Assembly: GCA_050696355.1 (NCBI GenBank)
Contig: JBOGVD010000083.1
Span: forward strand, 1-60,547
Direction: 5' to 3'
Length of the DNA: 60,547 nucleotides
DNA from: Actinomycetota bacterium
GTDB taxonomy: Bacteria; Actinomycetota; UBA4738; HRBIN12
Part shown: one piece after another, positions 54,504 through 60,547 of the stretch
How the letters are laid out: each line of letters opens with the position of its first letter
Position numbering within the stretch: position 1 is the stretch's first letter
Position numbers and translations under genes: made by a program
The notes under the pieces: generated by a model
What the model saw: only the letters and a program-made list of their open reading frames with translations
Told to the model about the DNA's origin: nothing
Databases searched by the model: none

Positions 54504-56009
54504 ATGAGCGATCGGCGGTCGAGCGCGGTGGGACCGCTCGTGGTCTCGGAGGCGAACCCTCGCTACTTCACGACGACGGGCGATGACGCGGATCGGGCCG
54601 TCTACCTCGCCGGCTCGCACCTGTGGAACAACCTCCACGACGGGATGGGTCCGGGTGAGGCCTGCGGCGAGACGCCGGAGTCGATGGACTTCGACGCCTA
54701 TCTCGACTTCCTCGCGGAGCGCGGTCACAACTTCATCCGTCTCTGGCGATGGGAACAGTTCCGCTCGTACACGGCCGCCGCCGACTACCACCTCTGCATG
54801 GCGCCGCAGCCGTGGGCGCGGACCGGACCCGGGGACGCGAGCGACGGGAAGCCGAGGTTCGACCTCGACCGGTTCGAAGACGCGTTCTTCGACCGCCTCC
54901 GCGAGCGCGTGATCGCGGCCGGCGAGCGCGGGATGTACGTCGCGGTGATGCTGTTCGAGGGGTGGGGGATCCACCTGAGCACGGCGCCGCTCCACATCGA
55001 GGGCCACCCGTTCCATGCGACGAACAACGTGAACGGGGTCGGGATCGACTCGATCCTGGACTATCAGGTCCTGCCGCTCGATCCGCGTGTTCGCGAGCTC
55101 CAGGAGGCCTACATCCGGAAGGTCCTCGACACCGTGCACGATCAGCCGAACGTGCTGTGGGAGGTCGCGAACGAGTCGTCCGGCGGGGGAACGGTCGACC
55201 TGGAGTTCGCGAAGTACCTCGGGCAGGACCAGGTGCCCGAGTGGGGCGACTCGACGGAGTGGCAGTACTGGGTGATCGACACCGTCAAGCGCCACGAGGA
55301 GGAGCGAGGCTACGCGCCGCATCCGATGGGGATCACGATGCAGTTCCCGGTCGCCGACCAGACGAAGGTGAACGACCCGCTGTGGGCGAGCCGCGCGGAG
55401 TGGATCTCGCCCGGCTTCGAGGGATCGGGCTGGTTCCCCGGGAACCCGGAGATCCCGGCCGCAGCCTGGTTCGCCGACCCGCCCGCGAACGACGGCATGA
55501 AGGTCGTGATCGCCGACACGGACCACTTCGCGCCCGGCGGCGGGGATGCGCTCTGGGCCTGGAAGACGTTCCTCCGGGGCCACCACCCGATCCTGATGGA
55601 CTTCGGGATCATCGGCGGCGTGAACCCGCCCGATCCGAAGGCCGGAGGACCGATGTCGTTCGAGACCTTCGAGCCGGCGCGCTTCGCGATGGGCGACACG
55701 GTGCGCTTCGCCGAGCGGATGCGCCTGCTCGAGACGGAGCCGCGCGGCGACCTGACCTCGACCGGGTACGCGCTCGCGAACCCGGGCGAGGAGTACCTCG
55801 TCCTTCAGCCAGGCGAGGGCGCGTTCACGGTGACCCTCGAACCGGGGACGTACGCGGTCGAGTGGTTCGGCGTCGAGAGCCGCGAGGCTGCCGAGGCGGA
55901 CGACGTGACCGTCGACGCCGCGGGGACGAGCAGCTTCACCGCCCCGTTCACGGCCACCGCCCGGGGTCCTGTACCTGAGGAGGCGATGAGACCAGCGCAT
56001 CACCGATGA
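54504..56009 (+). CDS. Putative glycoside hydrolase (clan GH-A, GH5-like TIM barrel)
   Basis: ATG 54504 has GGAGGAG 6 nt upstream (the ORF track starts at 54489). HNFIRLW, MLFEGWG. NVLWEVANE is the typical NE acid/base motif. Confidence 0.65.
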   Translation: MSDRRSSAVGPLVVSEANPRYFTTTGDDADRAVYLAGSHLWNNLHDGMGPGEACGETPESMDFDAYLDFLAERGHNFIRLWRWEQFRSYTAAADYHLCMAPQPWARTGPGDASDGKPRFDLDRFEDAFFDRLRERVIAAGERGMYVAVMLFEGWGIHLSTAPLHIEGHPFHATNNVNGVGIDSILDYQVLPLDPRVRELQEAYIRKVLDTVHDQPNVLWEVANESSGGGTVDLEFAKYLGQDQVPEWGDSTEWQYWVIDTVKRHEEERGYAPHPMGITMQFPVADQTKVNDPLWASRAEWISPGFEGSGWFPGNPEIPAAAWFADPPANDGMKVVIADTDHFAPGGGDALWAWKTFLRGHHPILMDFGIIGGVNPPDPKAGGPMSFETFEPARFAMGDTVRFAERMRLLETEPRGDLTSTGYALANPGEEYLVLQPGEGAFTVTLEPGTYAVEWFGVESREAAEADDVTVDAAGTSSFTAPFTATARGPVPEEAMRPAHHR

Positions 56010-56061
56010 GTTCGGCCGGCCGTGCCGGTCTGAGAGGCGAGACGAGAGGAAGGGAGGCGTC

Positions 56062-56427
56062 ATGAACCTGAACGGCATCTTGATCGGGTCCGAGAACCCG
56101 GAGGCGCTCGTCGAGTACTACACGAGGCTCTTCGGCGAGCCGGGATGGAGCGACGGTGGGTACACGGGTTGGCTGATCGGCCAGGGGTACGTGACCGTCG
56201 GCGCGCATGACCAGGTGAAGGGCAAGAACCCCCACCCGGGACGGGTGCTCTGGAACATCGAGACGGCGGACGTGAAGAGCGAGTTCGACCGGCTCGTGGC
56301 CGCCGGCGCGACCGTGGTCGCGGAACCGTACAACCCTGGAGGCGAGCCCGAGGGACTGATCGCCACGCTGTCCGATCCGGACGACAACTACTTCCAGCTG
56401 ATGAGCCCCATGGGGCCGGAGAGTTGA
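56062..56427 (+). CDS. VOC (glyoxalase) family protein
   Basis: 121-aa ORF with RBS GGGAGG. ALVEYYTRLFG...ATLSDPDDNYFQLMSP. Confidence 0.8.
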   Translation: MNLNGILIGSENPEALVEYYTRLFGEPGWSDGGYTGWLIGQGYVTVGAHDQVKGKNPHPGRVLWNIETADVKSEFDRLVAAGATVVAEPYNPGGEPEGLIATLSDPDDNYFQLMSPMGPES

Positions 56428-56481
56428 GAGGACCGGAGAGAGGACCGGAGAGCTGAGAGCATCGGCGGCCTGACCCGGTCG

Positions 56482-57372
56482 ATGGCAGGCATCGGTCTCC
56501 TCGGGGTGCCGGCCAACTCGGCCGGGTCGTCGGACGGCGTCGCGCGGGCGCCGAAGGCCCTGCGCGACGCCGGGCTCGTCGGCGCCCTGGAAGGAGTGTC
56601 GCCGACGAACGACCGCGGCGACCTGACGCTGCCGGATCCGTCGGCGGAGCGCGACCCCGAGACCCACCTGATCGACCCGGCCGGACTGCGGGCGCTCGTC
56701 GACGGTGTCCGGGCCGGGGTCGTCGCGATCCTCGGGGACGGCCGCTTCCCCCTCGTCGTGGGGGGCGATTGCCCTCTGGTGTTGGGGTGCCTCGCCGCCT
56801 TCGGGTCCTCGGACCGTCGCGGGCTGCTGTTCGTCGACGGTCACGAGGACGCGTATCCGCCCGAGCGGTCCACGACGGGCGAGGCCGCGGACACGGAGCT
56901 CGCGCTCGCTCTGGGGATGGCGGACGTGCCCTGGTGGCCCGATCGCGTGTCGACGCCGCCGCTGGTGTCGGCCCGGCACGTGCAGCTCCTCGGAGCTCGG
57001 GATGCGGCGCTCCTCGTCCAGGAAGACGTGCCGTCGCTCGGGGACCGAGTCTCCCTCGTGGGCGCCGGACCGCTCGCGCGAGATCCGGAGGGAGCGACCC
57101 GGACCGCGGTGGCAGCGCTGCCGGAGCGCTGGTGGTTCCACCTCGACCTCGACGTGCTCTCGACGGAGGCACTTCCCGCCGTCGACTACCCGCAGGACGG
57201 CGGCCTCGGCTGGGAGGCGCTGGACGTCGTCGCCGCGACGGCGCTGGCGGCCGGTCCGGTCGGCTGGGACGTCACGATCTACAACCCCGACCTCGATCCG
57301 GACCGGACCCATGCCGCGCGCATCGTGCGCTTCGTCGAAACCGCTGCGCGCGCGATCCCCGCGGCCGGGTGA
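56482..57372 (+). CDS. Arginase/ureohydrolase family protein (agmatinase/formiminoglutamase-like)
   Basis: 296-aa ORF. VVGGDCPL (GGDH-like motif with Cys in place of His), FVDGHEDAY (DxHxD), HLDLDVLS (DxDxxD). Confidence 0.75.
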   Translation: MAGIGLLGVPANSAGSSDGVARAPKALRDAGLVGALEGVSPTNDRGDLTLPDPSAERDPETHLIDPAGLRALVDGVRAGVVAILGDGRFPLVVGGDCPLVLGCLAAFGSSDRRGLLFVDGHEDAYPPERSTTGEAADTELALALGMADVPWWPDRVSTPPLVSARHVQLLGARDAALLVQEDVPSLGDRVSLVGAGPLARDPEGATRTAVAALPERWWFHLDLDVLSTEALPAVDYPQDGGLGWEALDVVAATALAAGPVGWDVTIYNPDLDPDRTHAARIVRFVETAARAIPAAG

Positions 57373-57385
57373 GGAGGGCGTCGGG

Positions 57386-58921
57386 ATGCGATTCGCAGAC
57401 ATCGTGCGGGCGTCGGCAGACGTCACCGCGACCTCGTCCCGGCTGAAGAAGGTGGAGCGGCTCTCGTCGGTGCTGGCCCAGCTCCGCCCCGACGAGGTGC
57501 CGGTCGCCGTCGCGTACCTGTCCGGGGTCCTCCCGCACGGATCGATCGGCGTCGGATGGGCGTCGTTGAGCGATCTGCCACCGCCGGCGCCGGGCGCCTT
57601 GGAGCTGCTGGAGGTCGACGCGGCCCTCCGCCGGATCGGGGCGCTGGCCGGCGCCGGCTCCCAGGCGGACCGCCGCACGGCGGTCCACGGCCTGTTCGCG
57701 CGGGCGACGGAAGACGAGCAGGGGTTCCTGCGAGGGCTCCTGATGGGCGAGATCCGTCAGGGCGCCCTCGAGGGCGTGATGGTCGAGGCCGTGGCGCGAG
57801 CGGCCGGCGTCCCTCGCACGGAGGTTCGACGGGCCGCGATGCTCGCCGGCGACCTGGGCGGCGTCGCGGCGGCGGCGATCGAGGGCGGGTCCGCGGCGCT
57901 CGCGCGGTTCCGCCTCTCGCTCCTGACGCCGCTCCAGCCGATGCTCGCGCAGTCCGCCGAGGACATCCCGTCCGCCCTCGAGCGCATCCGGCCCGCCGCG
58001 GTCGAGTGGAAGCTCGATGGGGCGCGGATCCAGGTCCACCGGCTCGGCGACGAGGTCCGCGTCTTCACCCGGAACCTCGCCGACGTCACCGATCGCGTGC
58101 CCGAGATCGTGGACCGGATCCGGGGCATCCCGCTCGAGGCCGCGGTCTTCGACGCCGAGGCGATCGCCCTCCGCCCGGACCGCCGGCCCCACCCTTTCGG
58201 ACTCACGATGAGCCGGTTCGGGAGCCGGAGCCGTCGCGACCTCGAGGGCTACCGAACCGAGTACCCGCTGTCCTCCTTCGCGTTCGACGTCCTGCACCTC
58301 GACGGCGAGGACCTCATCGACCACCCGGCGAGCGAGCGCTTCGCCGCGCTCGACGAACGGGTGCCGGAGGAGCTCCGCGTGCCGAGGATCGTGACCGAGG
58401 ACACCTCCGAGGCCGAGCGCTTCCTCGAGGACGCCCTAACCCGCGGCCACGAGGGCGTGATGGTGAAGGCGCTCGACGCGCCCTACGAGGCCGGGCGTCG
58501 CGGCGCAAGTTGGATCAAGGTCAAGCGGGCCGTCACGCTCGACCTCGTCGTCCTGGCGGCGGAGTGGGGCCACGGGCGCCGCCAGGGATGGCTCAGCAAC
58601 CTGCATCTCGGGGCGCGCGACCCGGAAGCGGGAGGATTCGTGATGCTCGGCAAGACCTTCAAGGGGATGACCGACGCGATGCTCACCTGGCAGACGGAGC
58701 GGTTGCAGGAGCTCGAGACGGGCCGCGAGGGGATCACCGTGCACGTCCGGCCGGAGCTCGTCGTGGAGGTCGCGTTCGACGGGTTGCAGCCCAGCCCGCG
58801 CTACCCGGGCGGGCTCGCGCTGCGGTTCGCCCGGGTGAAGGGGTATCGCCCGGACAAGCGAGCCGACGAGGCCGACACGATCGAGACGGTCCGGGAGATC
58901 CACGCCCGGTCGGAGGGGTGA
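57386..58921 (+). CDS. ATP-dependent DNA ligase (Lig1/LigB-like, three-domain)
   Basis: ATG 57386 within ORF 56705..58921; 511 aa. Adenylation motif I EWKLDGARIQ, motif III FDAEAI, motif IV EGVMVK, motif V WIKVK. OB-fold region LRFARVKGYRPDK. Confidence 0.9.
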   Translation: MRFADIVRASADVTATSSRLKKVERLSSVLAQLRPDEVPVAVAYLSGVLPHGSIGVGWASLSDLPPPAPGALELLEVDAALRRIGALAGAGSQADRRTAVHGLFARATEDEQGFLRGLLMGEIRQGALEGVMVEAVARAAGVPRTEVRRAAMLAGDLGGVAAAAIEGGSAALARFRLSLLTPLQPMLAQSAEDIPSALERIRPAAVEWKLDGARIQVHRLGDEVRVFTRNLADVTDRVPEIVDRIRGIPLEAAVFDAEAIALRPDRRPHPFGLTMSRFGSRSRRDLEGYRTEYPLSSFAFDVLHLDGEDLIDHPASERFAALDERVPEELRVPRIVTEDTSEAERFLEDALTRGHEGVMVKALDAPYEAGRRGASWIKVKRAVTLDLVVLAAEWGHGRRQGWLSNLHLGARDPEAGGFVMLGKTFKGMTDAMLTWQTERLQELETGREGITVHVRPELVVEVAFDGLQPSPRYPGGLALRFARVKGYRPDKRADEADTIETVREIHARSEG

Positions 58922-58923
58922 CC

Positions 58924-59397
58924 GTGCCCACGCTGAGCGCCGGACTCCTCGTGTACCGCCGGGTCGAGGGCCAGCTCGAGGTCCTGCTCGTGCACCCGGG
59001 AGGGCCGTACTGGGCGAGGAAGGACGACGGCGCGTGGTCGATGCCGAAGGGCGAATACGAGCCGGACGAGGATCCGCTCGGTGTGGCGCTCCGCGAGTTC
59101 CGTGAGGAGACCGGCGCCGAGCCGCCCGACCGCGGCCCGGCCGAGTCCCTGGGCGAGATCCGCCAACCGAGCGGGAAGCGCGTGAGCGCCTGGGCGCTCG
59201 AGGGCGACGCGGACGTGAGCGAGATCCGGAGCAACACGTTCGAGATGGAGTGGCCCCCTCGGTCCGGCCGAACCCAGGAGTTCCCCGAGGTCGACCGCGG
59301 CGGCTGGTTCGGCATCGAGGAGGCCCGGCGGAAGCTGCTCCGAGGTCAGGTCGGGTTCCTCGACCGCCTCGCCGACCTGATCGCGCGCGAGCCGTGA
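58924..59397 (+). CDS. NUDIX hydrolase domain protein
   Basis: GTG 58924 (alternative GTG 58918 overlaps the ligase stop). LSAGLLVYRR...LLVHPGGPYW...WSMPKGEYEPDEDPLGVALREFREETG (NUDIX box). Confidence 0.85.
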   Translation: MPTLSAGLLVYRRVEGQLEVLLVHPGGPYWARKDDGAWSMPKGEYEPDEDPLGVALREFREETGAEPPDRGPAESLGEIRQPSGKRVSAWALEGDADVSEIRSNTFEMEWPPRSGRTQEFPEVDRGGWFGIEEARRKLLRGQVGFLDRLADLIAREP

Positions 59398-59432
59398 GGT
59401 TTGCCGCGGCGCCCGGTGAGAAAGGAGAGAGC

Positions 59433-59861
59433 ATGACGACCGACCTCAGCACCTCGAGCTCCGTGACCATCGACGCGCCCACCGCGGAGGTCTGGAAGGC
59501 GATCACGACGCCGGAGGTGATCAAGCGGTGGTTCTTCGGGGTGGACACCGAGACCGACTGGCAGCCGGGGAGCCCGATCGTCCATCGGCGAGTGGCAGGG
59601 GAAGCCGTACGAGGACCGGGGAGAGATCGTTCGGATCGAGCCGCCGCGGGTGCTCGTCCACACCCATCGGAGCGAGCTCTCCGGCCGGCCGGACAGCCCC
59701 GAGCACCATCAGGAGGTCACCTGGACCCTCTCGGGTCGCGACGGGAGCATCGAGCTCACCCTCACCGAGCGCAACCTCCCGTCGGAGGAGACGAAGGCCG
59801 TCTCCGAGCAGGCGTGGACCACCGTCCTGGCAACCTGAAGGAGCTCCTGGAGTCGTCGTGA
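59433..59861 (+). pseudogene. SRPBCC (AHSA1-like) gene with two compensating frameshifts hidden inside an open ORF
   Basis: Frame 0 (ATG 59433, RBS AAAGGAGAGA) gives MTTDLSTSSSVTIDAPTAEVWKAITTPEVIKRWFFGVDTETDWQPGSPIVHR. Frame 1 from 59590 gives EWQGKPYEDRGEIVRIEPPRVLVHTHRSELSGRPDSPEHHQEVTWTLSGRDGSIELTLTERNLPSEETKAVSEQAWTTVLA. Frame 0 from 59832 gives NLKELLESS*. Confidence 0.7.
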
Positions 59862-59862
59862 G

Positions 59863-60547
59863 CTAGGGATCTTCCGCGGAGGGGTCCGTCGCCGTGTGCG
59901 TGCGGTGCGCCTCGGGACCGACATCCTCGTGACGGATCTGCTCGCGTACCTCCGAGTACCGCACGGCCTCCGACGCGATCATCGCGACCATCACCAGGGT
60001 GAGGACGGCAAGCGCGGCGAGCGCGGGCAGCCCCGAGACGAACGGGATCATCGCGCAGATGACGACGCCGACCGCGATGCGTCGCAGCGTCAGCTGACCC
60101 CACGTCCGGTATTTGAACGCGGCGTGGGCGAACAGGAAGAGCGCGGTGCCCGCGTACAGGGCCCCGAGCGCCAGCATCGGCAGCGGCTCCGCGAGCTCGC
60201 GGTGGCTCGACTCGCCGACGTGCTCGAGCACCTGCTCGATCCCGAGCGCGAGCAGCGCGACGCCGGCCACCATCGGCAGGTGCAGGTAGCTGTAGGCGTC
60301 GCGCGCGAGCCGAGCCCGCTCTTCCCCCTGCAGCCGCCGCAGCACGCGCTCGGCCACGATCGACGCGACGTCGAAGTAGGCCCACCACAGGCACCCAGCC
60401 ACCACGAGTCCCAGGATCGTCGCGGCGATGATCGGCCAGGAGATCGGCTCGCTCACCACACCGACTCCGATCGCCACGACCGACTCACCCAGCGCGATGA
60501 TCACGATCAGTCCGTGTCGCTCGGCGAAGTGGCCCGCGGAGTTGAGC
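59863..60547 (-). CDS. Low-temperature-requirement A (LtrA)-like membrane protein, 5'-partial (continues past the window end)
   Basis: The frame is open to base 60547: ...LNSAGHFAERHGLIVIIALGESVVAIGV...WWAYFD..., followed by multiple TM segments. Stop at 59863..59865. Confidence 0.8.
   Translation of the reverse strand, partial: LNSAGHFAERHGLIVIIALGESVVAIGVGVVSEPISWPIIAATILGLVVAGCLWWAYFDVASIVAERVLRRLQGEERARLARDAYSYLHLPMVAGVALLALGIEQVLEHVGESSHRELAEPLPMLALGALYAGTALFLFAHAAFKYRTWGQLTLRRIAVGVVICAMIPFVSGLPALAALAVLTLVMVAMIASEAVRYSEVREQIRHEDVGPEAHRTHTATDPSAEDP

Noticed and set aside
56415-56452. Three copies of G(G/A)CCGGAGAG in the spacer after the VOC gene.
   Set aside because: The repeats are short and imperfect, with no associated hairpin or ORF. 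They are most likely slippage noise at a gene end.

Overview
Very GC-rich chromosomal segment (about 70% by eye). Codon usage looks Actinomycetota-like, with many GTG starts and 4-nt ATGA/GTGA start-stop overlaps. I could not recognise any rRNA, tRNA, CRISPR array, transposase or integrase. There are roughly 65 credible protein-coding genes. Recognisable blocks: (1) a xylose operon, xylF-xylG-xylH-xylA-(mutarotase-like)-xylB, at 23.3-30.2 kb. (2) Three ECF sigma modules: sigma plus repeat-bearing anti-sigma at 9.9-11.3 kb; YciI plus ECF42-type sigma plus DinB plus RibD_C at 15.1-18.0 kb; and a SigR/RsrA-like sigma plus ZAS anti-sigma plus ArsM-like methyltransferase at 19.1-20.8 kb. (3) A histidine kinase operon with two paralogous NarL-type receivers at 50.8-53.7 kb; one receiver is fused to a nucleotide cyclase. 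(4) Four class III cyclase genes with different sensor architectures, including a 1053-aa Zn-ribbon/cyclase/STAND-ATPase/TPR protein. (5) A CRTAC1-like FG-GAP lipoprotein paired with a vanadium-haloperoxidase/PAP2-like lipoprotein. (6) folE plus a RibD-like reductase, GH15, a GH-A hydrolase, an ATP-dependent DNA ligase plus NUDIX, and many small detox/stress families (6 SRPBCC, 6 RibD_C, 2 DinB, 3 VOC, 3 MDR loci). The most unusual property visible from the raw sequence is the density of damaged genes. At least ten genes carry a frameshift, an in-frame TGA or a tandem duplication, and at least six are 20-50 codon relics of larger genes. Several frameshifts sit in short G/C runs and could be assembly errors. 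A 5-bp and a 15-bp tandem duplication and the truncated relics cannot be explained that way. Best follow-up candidates: the in-frame TGA at the conserved Cys position of the ArsM-like methyltransferase, which has a downstream hairpin (selenocysteine versus nonsense); the branched HK / REC-cyclase / REC-HTH operon; the cyclase-STAND-TPR protein; and a Cys/His-rich 61-aa protein beside the redox sigma module. No claim here has been checked against a database; all family calls are from motif recognition.
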